Positions 30,553-42,087 of a DNA stretch of 64,000 nucleotides are shown here, piece after piece. The notes under the pieces are model-generated. The model made no database searches. It was not told where the DNA came from and saw only the letters and a list, made by a program, of their open reading frames with translations. Each line of letters opens with the position of its first letter. Position 1 is the first letter of the stretch. Origin of the DNA: Ostreococcus lucimarinus (lineage: Eukaryota); the NCBI GenBank assembly GCA_000092065.1, contig CP000596.1; one strand, written 5' to 3'. The translations under genes were made by a program, and so were the position numbers.

Positions 30553-32204
30553 TGGGGGCGCTGTTGCTCCTGGGGGCGCGCGACGCCGCGCGCGAGGGAC
30601 GCGGGCGCGCGGCGGGGGCGCGGCGGGAGCGACGCGGCGAAGGGACGCGCGAGGGAGCGAGGGACGACGATGGATCGGTAAAAATAAAAATCAACGAAAG
30701 CGCGCTGAAGATGAGGCTTGGGATCAAGAATGCGGATCATCGGCGGTTGATTTATAGGTGGACGAACGCGCTGATTCGCGCGGTGGGGTTGAAGGTGCCG
30801 ACGGGATTGGGGGCGATTGTTTTGCATAACGCGAAGAACAAGCGGGAGAAATTCGATAAATTTTTGTTGCATTACTACGGGAAGGAGTCGTTTTCGCCGG
30901 GGACGTATTGGTACTCGAACGCGAACGCGCTGGCATTTTTTAGCGAAATATTTTACGTCGCGACGAATGGACGCGTGCGGTGCAACGACGACGACATCAT
31001 GCAAATCTTTTCGAAATCCGATCCAAACAGGCAGGCGAGCACGTGGGTGACGTCGTCTGCTACGTTGGAGCGCTTTGGAATCACTCGCATGGAAGTTTTG
31101 GCGATTTATTGCGGTGAACCTCGCTTTGAGAACGGTTGGCCGAAGGGGCAACCGCTTCGCGTGCAGCCACCAAAAATCGTGGTGACTCAGCGCGATGGCT
31201 CGGTCACCGATAAATCTGACTTGACAAATGTGAAGACAAATACCGCTCTCGTCGACCCAGGGCGGGTGGCGCTCAAGCGCGAAAGATCGAAAAAGCACGT
31301 CGTCTCCGTGGTTGGTGTCGACCCGCGAGTCACCTCGTTGGGTTGGAAGCGACAGGCGGTGGAATCGGGACACGCGATGCAGAGGACGACGCTGCTGGAG
31401 CGTCAAGCGATTGAACTTTGCAAGCACATCGAGCCGAGCGAAGAAAACTCACCAATAATGATTATGCCTCTGATTTACGATCAGATTTTACGAGGCACAA
31501 AGTGCTGCGGACCGCGATCCCGACCTTGCGAGAGAAACAAATTTAACAAACACTACGGTAAACTTCTGTCTACCGACGTCTTCTTGCCTGAAGACGTCGG
31601 TGTCGCGCTGAAAATCAAAGACTCCGCGGTTGAAGTGCAAGAGCTTTTCAGGAAGTTCACCAACGCTTTCCTCAAGCTTAAAGTTGCCATGGCGGATTTG
31701 GACGAAGTGAGCGCTACGCGAGACTCAGTATCGACCACGTTAAACGGTGTACTCTCGGTCTTAAATACCGTGGCCGATACGAAAAGGAAAAGTGAACTCG
31801 AAGCCATCATCACCGAGCAACGAGCTCACTTTCATGGGCTCGAGTCGGAAGTCGCGCGCTTGAATAAAATTGTGGACAGCGTTCGCGTTGAGTTCGACAA
31901 GTCGGAGTCCGCGGCGCGTCAGCCCTATTTGGATATCGTACGTCGTTGCTACGAGCTCGGTAGTTTGGTGCAAGATCGAATGCAAAAGAGTATCAACGCA
32001 ACTCTTGACTCGTGCATGACTGATATTGCCGCGTGCGAGATCAAGCAAGTTGGAGCCGACACCGACGAGCTGAACGCACTGTTTGTAAAACGCGATTCGT
32101 TGAAAAGTCTCAACGACACTTTGCGCGACTGCAAGGCGTGCTTTGCTTTCTCGCTCAATACGTTGGACCAACGCTGGGAACAGTTTAAACCGATGCGCTT
32201 GTGA
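30553..32204 (+). CDS. Orphan protein with no recognisable domain, in a markedly lower-GC segment
   Basis: About 550 aa of uninterrupted ORF. Its composition differs from the flanks: AT-rich codons and a Lys/Asn/Ile-rich protein. The start is uncertain (ATG 30553 or 30709). The upstream part of the ORF overlaps the divergent DUSP-like gene. Confidence 0.45.
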
Positions 32205-32322
32205 ACTGTACTTTTCGTTGAGTCGCATTGTATTAATATCACCACTAATTTTCGTTGCGTGTACGAAAGATGATCGGTAGCTAGTTACAAGAAATCTATT
32301 TCAAGCCATGAAGGTTATGAGG

Positions 32323-33612
32323 CTAAGCCATGAGACCCGCTAAAAACGCTTTGCGACGCGCTTCACACTCGCGCGGCGAAGGTCGATAGTACTTGAGCAT
32401 ACCGTCCCAGGGTACGGCTTTCAAACCCGCGCGCTTGCATATCATTCCTCGCACACGCTCCGCAAACTCGATGCTTGTTTCATCCTCACGTTTTCTCTGT
32501 GGCTCCATGTACCATACATCCGCGACGACGGCCCAAGAGCTCATGAGTGTGCACAAGTGCCTGGAAAAGCTCTGTCGCCGCGAGTTCCAAAACGCATCGA
32601 CGAAAATGTTGTTGTACTTTATCGCCACCGGCACGACGTCCACGCCGAGATCAAACGCCCCTCGCTTGAACATCACGCAATATTTGTTGTTCACGCACGT
32701 GCCCTCGGGGAAAATCAACAGCGGCAACCGCGACTTCTCCGCCACGTGCTGCTTGAGTCTCGTCGCCACTGTGTTGCGGTCTTTGATATCAGTGCGGTTG
32801 AACTCGATGCAATCTATCGCATTCATCGCCGTTCTCTGTAACAGCCCCACCCATCCTTTATGCTTCTGCTGTATCACCGCGAACGGTGAGACTTGCGTCA
32901 TCACTAAGTAATCGATCATCGACGTGTGGTTACTGACGTACACCATCCCTCCCATGTGTCCTCTTCGCGACGGTCTCGGCCCGTGATACTTGATCACTCC
33001 CGTCCACGAAACCACAAACGCCGCCGCATACAGCTCCACGCACTTTCTCTCGAATCCCCACCGTCTCGGTGTGCAGTAGTGCGAAAACATAAACGCCAAC
33101 GCGAACGCCGCGCTCGCGCTCAAAATGAACCCCAGTCGCAACGGAAACAAGACAAAGTGTCGAATCACCCATCCGCACCACCACAGCGGCAGCAGATAAA
33201 AGTTAAAATTCCAATTCGCCTCCGCGGACTCTTGAAAGCATCGATTGAAGCTGTCATCGATCATCGCCGCGCACGCGTCTTGCAATATGCCGGAGCAGTC
33301 CAACAACCTCGCGAGCGTCGCCGCGTCCTCGGGCGTCGACGTTCGCGACGCCGTCGCGCGTCTTTCCAGCTCGATTCCGGGCGTCACGCGCTGAACCTCT
33401 TCGCGCTCGAGCTCACCGTCGCCGAAGCTGTCGAACGGGGCGAAGGACAGCGAGCGCGCGCCCATGGATGGTCTCTTCGCCACCTCGGGCGTGGACGCGC
33501 GATCGCTCTCGCGCGCGTCGTCGTCGTCGCCGTCGACGCGCGGCATCGCTCGCGTCGACGCGTCGTCTCGAGACGCGTCGGTTTGCGCTCTGGGCGGACG
33601 CGCGTGCGACAT
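32323..33612 (-). CDS. GPAT9: Glycerol-3-phosphate acyltransferase, GPAT9/AGPAT6-like (ER)
   Basis: The acyltransferase motifs NHTSMIDYLV (motif I), FPEGTCVNN (motif III) and VVPVAIKYN are present. TM helices lie upstream. Confidence 0.85.
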   Translation of the reverse strand: MSHARPPRAQTDASRDDASTRAMPRVDGDDDDARESDRASTPEVAKRPSMGARSLSFAPFDSFGDGELEREEVQRVTPGIELERRATASRTSTPEDAATLARLLDCSGILQDACAAMIDDSFNRCFQESAEANWNFNFYLLPLWWCGWVIRHFVLFPLRLGFILSASAAFALAFMFSHYCTPRRWGFERKCVELYAAAFVVSWTGVIKYHGPRPSRRGHMGGMVYVSNHTSMIDYLVMTQVSPFAVIQQKHKGWVGLLQRTAMNAIDCIEFNRTDIKDRNTVATRLKQHVAEKSRLPLLIFPEGTCVNNKYCVMFKRGAFDLGVDVVPVAIKYNNIFVDAFWNSRRQSFSRHLCTLMSSWAVVADVWYMEPQRKREDETSIEFAERVRGMICKRAGLKAVPWDGMLKYYRPSPRECEARRKAFLAGLMA

Positions 33613-33750
33613 CGCGCGCGCGAGTGCGGACGACGGCGCGGGTCCCGCATCCTCCCCTCGAGCGCGCGGGGCGCGCCGGGCGCGGCGTCGAGCGTCGGTC
33701 GGTTTGATTTTAAAACTCGTGGCTATGACGTAGATTAGGTAAATACGACG

Positions 33751-35184
33751 TTACTTTTTACTCTCGCGCATCATTTGCACGAAATCCGCGAAGCAGCGAT
33801 CGGAATCGTGCGGACCCGGAGACGCCTCGGGGTGGTACTGAATCGTCATCGCGCGCTGCTCGGGCCAAACCATGCCGGCGCACGTGCCGTCGTTGAGGTT
33901 GACGTGGGAGACTTGAACGCCCGCGGGCAAGGACTTGGGGTCCACGGCGAAGTTGTGGTTCTGAGAAGAAATCTCAACCGCATCGTCGGGGCCGCGAACG
34001 GGGTGGTTACCGCCGTGGTGACCGAATTTGAGCTTAAACGTGGACCCGCCGAAGGCTTGGCCGAGGACTTGGTGGCCCATGCAAATGCCAAAGACGGGAA
34101 GCTTACCGAGGATTTGCTTGGCGTTCTCCACCGCGTACGGCACCGCGCTGGGATCGCCCGGACCGTTGGAGAACAAAATTCCATCCGGGTTCATCGCCAT
34201 CACCTTATCCGCCGGGTAAGACGCCGGAACGATGGTGAGCTTGCACCCGAAAGAAGCTAAGCGGCGCAAAATGTTGTGCTTGACGCCGAAGTCGTACACC
34301 ACGACGTTGAACGAATCCTTGTTCGCCTTGGCTTCGTTACTGAATTCCCACTCCGCTGTGGTTTCCTTCCACTCGTACGGTTCCTTGCACGTCACTTCGC
34401 TGATCAAATCCTTCCCGACGATATTATACGCCTTCGCCTTTGCGACGAGTTCGGCGTCGCTCAACGAGGCATCCGTCGTGAGCACGCCATTTAAGCAACC
34501 AGTTTCCCGCAATCGACGCGTGATCTCACGAGTATCGATATCGGTGATCCCAATCACCCCTTGTTCTTCCAAATACGTCCCCAAATCCTTCACGCTGCGG
34601 TAGTTCGACACGTTCAGCGACAAGTTTCTCACCAGCATCGCGCCCATGTGCACCTGCTTGCTCTCCATGTCGCCCTCGTTGATGCCGACGTTGCCGATGT
34701 GCGGGCACGTGAACAACACGAACTGCCCCGCGTACGACGGATCGGTGAGAATTTCCTGATACCTAAAATTTCATCAAACGCGCGATGCGTCGTCGGCGTC
34801 AGTCAGACGATCGATCGAAGTCCGCGAAGCGCGCGCGCGAGATTTCAAAAACCGTCGGCGATCCGCCCCTCGCCCGCGCGCGCTTCCGACTCAACCATCC
34901 CTCTCCGCGCCTCGCGCCCTCGCGACGCGCGCGAACGACGTGACGTACCCACTGAGCGAGGTGTTAAACACCACCTCACCGACCTGCGTCGCCTTGGCGC
35001 CGAACGACCGCCCGTTCCACACGCTCCCATCCTCCAAAACCAAGCGGCAGTCGCGCTCTTCCCACGGCTTTTTCGCCGTCGCGCTCGCGCGCGCGACCGC
35101 GGCGCGTCGCGCGGCGCTTCGACGCGTCGGGAGCGAGCGCGCGGGCGTCGCGCGCGTCAGCGGGGTGGGCTTCGAGCTCAGCAT
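33751..35184 (-). CDS. carA: Carbamoyl-phosphate synthase small (glutamine amidotransferase) subunit, two exons, chloroplast-targeted
   Basis: Exon 1 (35184..34949) encodes a transit peptide plus [32 protein letters not shown]. The intron (34948..34763) has a GTACGT donor, a CTGACTGAC branch point and a TTTTAG acceptor. Exon 2 (34762..33751) continues [10 protein letters not shown]...HIGNVG and the class-I GATase region with GICMGHQ and a His/Glu triad. The splice restores the conserved [11 protein letters not shown] motif. Confidence 0.85.
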
Positions 35185-35340
35185 CGCGTTCGCGCGGGCG
35201 CCGCGATGTGAAGCCCCAGCGCGAAGCCGCCATTCGAATCGCGCGTCCGCGCGTGTGTTTCATGGCTTACTTTGATCGCTCAATGCGCTGTTTTCGCGCA
35301 CGAGTCTGTCATAAATATGTAAATTCGGACATTAGGGTAT

Positions 35341-36642
35341 GTGAGATTATGTGAGATGATGAAAAAGATCGATCTGGGGACGCCACCTCGTCGCGCGCGC
35401 CGCCTCAAATCATCGCGCGCCATGCTCGCGCCGTCCAGCGCCGCGGCGCGAACGACGCCGCGCGCGCGCTCGACGACGCACTCGGTGACGCGCTCGAACC
35501 AGCTCCGAATCGCGACCGGCCGAAAAGCGCGCGCGACGACGGTTCGAGCGACGTTTTTCGATCGATTGAAGAAATCCACCGACGACGACGTCGACGCGGA
35601 GGGCGAGGCGGGGGACGGCGAAGACGAGGGCGAGGGCGGAGAGGCGAGGAAAATGATCGAGCGACGCGCGTCGGGGGCGAGCTTGGACATCGACGACGCG
35701 ATGGCGAGCTTTAACGAGTTTGGGTCTGGGATGTTGGATAAGATCAACGCGATGGTGTCGCAGACGGTGGACTTGGACGTCGTGGAGGTCGTGGAAGAGG
35801 ACGTGTACGAACGACCGAAGCCGAAGTTTAAGGCGCCAGCGTTTGGAGGACGAAAGGAGCCCGTGGAGGCGCCGAAGGAGAAGAAGGAGCGCGCGGGAAG
35901 GGCGCCGTCGTTTGGTTTCGGCGGGCGCGTGAGTCGAAGCGTCGACGAGGAAAAGGTGGAGGAAGAGCCGAAGCCGAAGTCGAGTGGGTTCGGGGCGATT
36001 CTAGAGCGGAGTGCGAGACGGCTGGATAAGACGAGGGAGATTTTAGACGAGGACGTGAAGAGGGGGGAGGCGGCGAGGATGAAGTTGCGCGCGGGACGGG
36101 AAGGCGGTAAAGCCGTCGCGGCCATCGCCGGGGACAGCCGTTTGGCTGCGGATGGCACGTGGACGCTCACGTCGGTCGTGGAAGAAGGTACAAATGGTAA
36201 GAAATTACCTTCGTTGAAGATCAAGCGCGGCGAGTCGAAAATTATCGGTCGTGCGAAGGGGCCTGGGGTGGACTTGGTCGTCCCGCTGCCGTGCGTCAGC
36301 ACTGTGCACTGCGAACTCGAGACCGAGGGCAACAAGCTTTACATCACCGATCTCGGCTCGACGAACGGCACCTACGTAGAAGGTTTCGAGGTTAAGCAGA
36401 ACAGGCGATTCCGTATCTTCAACGGCGCCCAAGTGCGACTCGGCGCCGAAAACTTCAACGGCGAGCCGTACGCCACGTTCAAGGCTTCGTTGTCGGGCGC
36501 CAAGGAGTTAGAGAAAGATTCCGAGTACGGTCAGTTGAACTACTTTATTGAGTTCTTGGGCGGTCCCCAAGTCGTGGTCAACTTCTTGTTCATCAACTTT
36601 GCCTTCCAAATGACCTTCTTCTTCATCATCACTTCGCAATAG
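35341..36642 (+). CDS. FHA-domain protein with an N-terminal transit-like peptide and a C-terminal hydrophobic tail
   Basis: GRAKGPGVDLVVPLPCVSTVHCELETEGNKLYITDLGSTNGTYVEGFEV...GAQVRLG matches FHA (GR...S..H, a SxNGT-type motif here as STNGT). A TGTAA follows at 36662..36666. Confidence 0.65.
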   Translation: MRLCEMMKKIDLGTPPRRARRLKSSRAMLAPSSAAARTTPRARSTTHSVTRSNQLRIATGRKARATTVRATFFDRLKKSTDDDVDAEGEAGDGEDEGEGGEARKMIERRASGASLDIDDAMASFNEFGSGMLDKINAMVSQTVDLDVVEVVEEDVYERPKPKFKAPAFGGRKEPVEAPKEKKERAGRAPSFGFGGRVSRSVDEEKVEEEPKPKSSGFGAILERSARRLDKTREILDEDVKRGEAARMKLRAGREGGKAVAAIAGDSRLAADGTWTLTSVVEEGTNGKKLPSLKIKRGESKIIGRAKGPGVDLVVPLPCVSTVHCELETEGNKLYITDLGSTNGTYVEGFEVKQNRRFRIFNGAQVRLGAENFNGEPYATFKASLSGAKELEKDSEYGQLNYFIEFLGGPQVVVNFLFINFAFQMTFFFIITSQ

Positions 36643-36770
36643 CGGGAGTCGAGCAGAGGCGTGTAAGCTAAAATCCCTTTCAACAATATCGTGCGAATAG
36701 AATAACAACTAAATCTAACAAAGAATGCTTCGCGAGACGTGGACGGACGCCGCGGCGGTCGCGCCGCGCC

Positions 36771-36962
36771 TCATCGCGCCTTGTTCAACGAGACGGCATC
36801 GGCTAAAAAGAAACCTGTCCCGAACACGAAACTCACCGAGCCGAGCATGTAGAAGACGCATCCGAGGAGATAATTGGACATGATTGACGATTTTACCCGC
36901 GGCGCGTCCTCGGTCGTCCCCTTCGCGGGGTGGACCGCGATTACGACCTCCGAAATCGTCAC
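36771..36962 (-). CDS. Possible small single-TM protein (63 aa)
   Basis: ORF in a convergent 3' intergenic gap. It has one clear hydrophobic helix (YLLGCVFYMLGSVSFVFGTGFFL). It could be a real micro-protein, a terminal exon, or chance. Confidence 0.2.
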   Translation of the reverse strand: MTISEVVIAVHPAKGTTEDAPRVKSSIMSNYLLGCVFYMLGSVSFVFGTGFFLADAVSLNKAR

Positions 36963-37016
36963 CGTGGCGCGCGAGAGTGTGGCGCGGCGGTTGGGCCGGC
37001 GGAATATTTTACAATT

Positions 37017-38738
37017 TTACACCACTTCTAAAGCTTGCTTGCCCCTTGCGCGCGACTGCTTGTCGATCATTTGGACGCTAGTTGATAATATTTCCTGCGC
37101 ACGCCTCTTTCTCACGTCGTTTCGTCGCTTGATTTGGCGATTCTCGACGGCGATGTACAGCGCTCGTGACGTCGGCACGAGGAAGAAAATGCCCGCGTAC
37201 ACGAGCAAGAGCGGCATGAGGAGTTTGAGCAGTTTGGGGAACAGCTCGAGGATAAGAATCACCAACGGTGGTTCGCCGTAGTCATCGATCGGGACGGTGC
37301 TCGTCGTCGGCGCGGCGTCACGGAATCTTCCCGCACGACGTCCCATCGTTTGTTCGGCTCTTCGTGGAAGTTGACTTTGGCGTGGAGGCTTGAAGTCCAT
37401 ACCACCGGCGGCACGGAAGATGAAAATAAGTGCTACGTTCAAAAATCCCAGGGCGACAACAAGCGGCATCTTCGCACCGCTCTCCCACAGAGGTCGGACT
37501 CGCTCGTAAATTGGCGGCGGCGTCGGAGCCTGAACGCTGCGCGACGGCATCAGTCGCGACGAAGAGGGTTCGACCGCGCGAGCGGTCACTTGCAAAGATG
37601 GGAACACGTATATGAGCTCTCCAGCATCCGAAGCTTCGGCAAATCCACCGAAACGCGTCAAGACCTCGAGCATGTAGCCCTCGTGCATCCTTCGAACGTC
37701 TCGCTCGGCATCCGCCTTCCTTCTGAAAAGTCGTCGCGCGTGCGCGACAAGGTCGAAAACCACGGCAAATAACCCGTTTCGAACTTCGCTATGATCCTCT
37801 TTCGTGAGGAGATACGTGTCTAAAAACGGCGCCACTTGCTCGGCGAACACGCAGCCTTTGTTCACTCGCAAAAGCGCCCCGACAGCGCGCCATCGCCTGG
37901 TTTCCAAATTATCGTTCGGATCACCTCTTCCGAAAACAAACGCGAATATGCTTTCAAAAAATGACAACTCACGATCGCGGTCGAGCCAATCGTCTTCTTC
38001 CTCTTCTTCATCGCCATCAACGCCGTCGCCGCCTCTTCGCGGGCCGACGTTTGTCGGTGGCGGCGCGTTCGCTCGCCCTGCGGGATCCCCACTTCCTCCA
38101 TCGTCACCGCCACCGCCACCGCCACCGTGTCCGCTGCCGCCAACGCGCGGTTTACTCACTGGAACGCCCTCCGCGACGCCATGCGCGCGATCAAACGCGC
38201 GCGCTCGTTCGAATCGCATAACGTCGTTCCAATACGCTAGTTCAATCAAATCGCGCATCCACAGATAGTACCAGAAATCCGCGTTCACCCCTCGTCCGTG
38301 CCCGACGTACGTGGGTAACACCGGCGTCGACCCTCCACCTCCTCCTCGTCCCTGGTGGCCTCGAGAAAGCGCGATGACGACCAACGCGATGACTGCGAGC
38401 GCCGTCAACGCCGCCGAGACGACGAGGAAAGACCCAAACGCGGCCCTCACCGCGCGCATCGTCGTTCGCCACGCCGCCCGACGCGCTCGGCGCGCGCGTT
38501 CGCTCACATCACGGGCTAAGATGGCCGCGCGCACGCGCACGGGGACTACGTAGATGACTTCTCGGGTTTCTTCGTCGACATCGAGATGACCACCGCTCAG
38601 ATGGACGGCAAAGATGACGCGTTGGCGCAGAGCGTCCGCGGAATCATCCAGCGCGGGGCCTTCGGAGAGGAGTAAGTCACCGAGCGTAAACCGCGGGCCG
38701 ACTCTTTCGAGCGCGAGATGGAGCTCGCGGTCGCTCAT
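37017..38738 (-). CDS. Hypothetical membrane protein with Gly-rich and acidic inserts
   Basis: 573-aa ORF with several hydrophobic helices and a non-repetitive, conserved-looking middle (DDWLDRDRELSFFESIFAFVFGRGDPNDNLETRRWRAVGALLRVNKG...). No family recognised. Confidence 0.4.
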   Translation of the reverse strand: MSDRELHLALERVGPRFTLGDLLLSEGPALDDSADALRQRVIFAVHLSGGHLDVDEETREVIYVVPVRVRAAILARDVSERARRARRAAWRTTMRAVRAAFGSFLVVSAALTALAVIALVVIALSRGHQGRGGGGGSTPVLPTYVGHGRGVNADFWYYLWMRDLIELAYWNDVMRFERARAFDRAHGVAEGVPVSKPRVGGSGHGGGGGGGDDGGSGDPAGRANAPPPTNVGPRRGGDGVDGDEEEEEDDWLDRDRELSFFESIFAFVFGRGDPNDNLETRRWRAVGALLRVNKGCVFAEQVAPFLDTYLLTKEDHSEVRNGLFAVVFDLVAHARRLFRRKADAERDVRRMHEGYMLEVLTRFGGFAEASDAGELIYVFPSLQVTARAVEPSSSRLMPSRSVQAPTPPPIYERVRPLWESGAKMPLVVALGFLNVALIFIFRAAGGMDFKPPRQSQLPRRAEQTMGRRAGRFRDAAPTTSTVPIDDYGEPPLVILILELFPKLLKLLMPLLLVYAGIFFLVPTSRALYIAVENRQIKRRNDVRKRRAQEILSTSVQMIDKQSRARGKQALEVV

Positions 38739-38792
38739 GGCTCGGAGTGCGGATTAGCGGCGCTCGCGACGAGCTATTTGTTGAATACAAAG

Positions 38793-40353
38793 CTAAATGC
38801 GAACAACGTAGGACGAACTCTTGGTCATGTAACGAATCCATCTGTGTGGATTTCGCGGTGGGTCATCGCGATGACGAGGCTCGTTGGAAGAGCCGACGAC
38901 TTGGAGGTAGCGCACGGCGAGGTCGCTCGCGCTAAAGGTTGGAATCTGAAACGTCAACGATAGCGGACCAATCTCTCGACGAACGTTTGGAATGCGCTCG
39001 GATTGCAGCGAGATTTGTACAGAACACTCGTGATCGGAACCGCCGGGTAGTTTTTTGAACTGCCAGACGATTTGCTTTTCGGCGGCGTCGTACATGACGT
39101 GCTGCGTGCTTGCCGTGACGTGCTTTGGCAATCGAGCAGTGGCGCCAATCGCACCTTTGGGGATTGGCAAGGTTACGATACACCCCGTACACGTGTGTTT
39201 TGCGTTAAAGTCAGCGTAGAGCTTGAGCTCGATGCCCACTTTGTACGGTACGCTCTCGTCGATGATCGGTACGATTCTAAATGGAGGCTTGAAGTCGTCG
39301 GCGCTTCGATAGTGCATCAACGAAAACTCCCCTTGTGGCGGTCGTAAACTTATCGTACGATCGATGTCGAACTGATCCAAGTTTGCCGTCTCGTGGAAGT
39401 TGCAATCATCGAGGATGACGCCTGTATACGCGCCACCCGCGCTCGCACCTTTCCCGCCAATGGTCAAGTCTTCCGACAGCGCCAGCTTCACCTTTGTGTC
39501 CTCACCTTGCAAAAAGTTCCGTACTTGAATGTGCCCATTGATCTCAGACGTTACTACATCTCCATTCGCGTTGAACGTCACGTTCACTTTCTCGATGATG
39601 TCCACGAAAATCTCATCCCGAGTCGTCGCGCTCGACGCGCTCACCACGCTCTTTTGCGTCGCGCTGCTAGAAACTCTATTCACCCCACTCGCCACCGACG
39701 CCGCGTTCATTAAATTAATCGCCGCCTTGGTCGGAAAGTTGACTCTCATCCCCAGATTATTTTTAAACATCGTCTCAACCTTCTGTCCCGCCTTGAGCGC
39801 CCCCGCCGCGATTTTCGTCGAATCCGCCTTTGCGCTCACCAGCATCCCCGCCAACCCCCCTCCGATTTCCACCGGTTCGTTACATACCCTCTCGCGAAGC
39901 ATCTCCGTCGACGTCGTTTGTGCGTATCCATAATCCATCGCCTCATCGATCACCTCGTACACCAACGTCGCGTTTTTCCTCACCGCGTCCTCCGTCAGCG
40001 CGCCGCAATAATCCTTCACCAATCTCGCCAACCGATGCAAAAGTTCTAATATCACGCTCCCGCTCGCGTTTCGCGTCGTCGTCGCGACAAAGTACAGCCC
40101 ACTCGCCTTGACGTGCGCGTAATTCACCCCATCCTCGCGAAAAACCGCCGGCGCGCCGCTATATTCCCGAGAATGTTCGCCCATCGCCGATTCCTCCGCA
40201 TCCTCTTCGCCGTCCTCACGCCGCCGCGAGCGCGCCCACGCGCGCACGGTTCGATAAAACGTCTCGTGCGTGCGTCGAGGCAAGTCCCTGCGGAAGTCTT
40301 TCGTCACCAGCGCGTCCCCGCGCGGGCTCAGGATGAAGAATTGCGACAGCATG
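38793..40353 (-). CDS. AP complex mu subunit (mu-adaptin), AP-4-mu-like C-terminus
   Basis: The longin-like N-terminus is MLSQFFILSPRGDALVTKDFRRDLP. The mu-homology domain ends ...PHRWIRYMTKSSSYVVRI (compare the KWVRHLSHSDAYVIRI type). The start is the ATG at about 40353; the ORF continues upstream into spacer. Confidence 0.75.
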
Positions 40354-40454
40354 ACGGTCGCGTCGCGTTGTGTCGCGTTTACGCGCGCGTCACAGACGCG
40401 CGCGCCGCGTCCACGCGCGCCTCGCGACGCCGCGCGTCGCGCGAGACGATCTTC

Positions 40455-41629
40455 ATGTCCGCCGCGCGCTCGGAGGCGCCGACGTCGACGCGCGCGACGA
40501 CGAACGCGACGACGACGGTTCAAGATGCGAACGACGGCGTGAGCGCGGCGTTCGCGCTGACGCTGAGCGTCGTCAGCAGCGTGTCGCTCGTGATCGTGAA
40601 CAAACACTTGATCAGCATTCTCGGGTTCAGAGAGGGTGCGTCGCGCGCGACGCGCGAGGGCGCGCGCGAGGCCGGAGGGCGTCCGCTCGCGTCCGGACGC
40701 GTTTCCGGAGTTTTGGATTTTTGGAAATTTCGCGAGACGCGGGGCGACTGACGACGGAGAAACGCGGCGCGATGGCGATCGCAGTGACATTTTTGACGGC
40801 GATGCACATGGTGCTCACGGCGTTGGTGCTTCGCGCGGCGGCGAGGATGGGGTACTTTGAAAAGAAGTCGGTGGGGAGGGCGGAGGTGGTGAAGTTTGGC
40901 GTGTTGAACAGCGCGTCGATCGCGCTGTTGAACTTATCGCTAGGATTTAATTCGGTGGGGTTTTATCAGATGACGAAACTGAGCATCATTCCCGTCACCG
41001 TGGGGTTACAGATAACGTATTTTAACAAGAAATTCAGCGCTGGGGTGAAGATGAGTTTGTTGGTGCTGCTCCTCGGCGTCGGGGCGTCGACGGTGACGGA
41101 TGTGCAGCTCAACGCGACGGGGAGCGTCGTCGGGGGGTTATCCGTGGTCACCACGGCGTTAGGACAGATATTGACCGGATCGATGCAACAAAAGCATCAA
41201 ATCAGCTCAACGCAGCTGCTATGCGCGTCGGCACCGTGGATGGCGATGACGCTCATGATCCTAGCCCCGCCCGTGGACGGCGTCCTGAACGGAGGTAACA
41301 TCCTCGAGTCGAGGTACTCCAACGAGGTCCTCATCGTCGCCTTCATCTCGTGCGGTCTCGCCATCGCGGTAAATTTCGCCACTTTCGCCGTCATCGGCAA
41401 GTGCTCCGCCGTCACCTACCAAGTCGTCGGTCATTTGAAAACCATGCTCATCCTCGGTTTCGGTTTCGCCGTCGTCGGCGACCCAATCGTCGCCAAGAAC
41501 GTCTTCGGTTTGCTCGTCGCTCTTTGCGGCATGTTCCTCTACGCTCGCGCCGAGATGCGCGATCGCGCCGTCGCCACCGCCGCGCCTCGTCGCGCTTCGG
41601 CGGACGAGGAATCAGCCGCTGGAAAGTAG
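40455..41629 (+). CDS. Nucleotide-sugar / triose-phosphate-translocator-family (TPT/NST) transporter, two exons
   Basis: Exon 1 (40455..40635) encodes ...SAAFALTLSVVSSVSLVIVNKHLISILGFRE. The intron (40636..40784) has a GTGCGT donor, a CTGAC branch point and a CAG acceptor. Exon 2 (40785..41629) continues VTFLTAMHMVLTAL, with a 10-TM NST core and the KT motif region (HLKTMLIL). Confidence 0.75.
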
Positions 41630-41817
41630 TCGTGCAATCCGATTCGCGTCCTTCGCCTCGCGAAACCCCGGCGCCGCGACGGGGCCTGCAAAACCTCAAG
41701 CCCGTCGCCCCATCGCTCGTCCCGCACACGCGCGCGCGCGACGCCCGCGACGCCCGCTGCGCTCGCGCGAGATGCCTCCGGGTGATCTCAGTCGCATGGA
41801 CCCGCGCCAGGTGCGAA

Positions 41818-41851
<34 letters not shown>

Positions 41852-42087
41852 TCGCGCGTCGTCGCGACGCCCCAGGGCTCGAGCGCCGCGACGCGCGATG
41901 AAAACGCGCGCGACGACGCGCGGACGCGCGCGAAGGGCGATCGGCGACGAAGACGCGAACGATAACGTCAATAGACGCGCGACGCGCGCGCGAACGGACG
42001 AGAGCGGCGAAGAGGGACGCGCGAGACGCGACGGGAAGGCGCGCGAGGACTGACCCGAGCGGGACGCGCGCGCGACGGACGAAACAG

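Noticed and set aside
29811-31427. 538-aa minus-strand ORF
   Set aside because: Antisense to the DUSP-like and orphan genes, low-complexity Arg-rich translation, no domain.
34891-35184. 97-aa minus-strand ORF as an independent small gene
   Set aside because: It is the first exon (transit peptide plus N-terminal CPSase small-subunit motif) of the carA gene, joined to the downstream ORF by a 186-bp intron.
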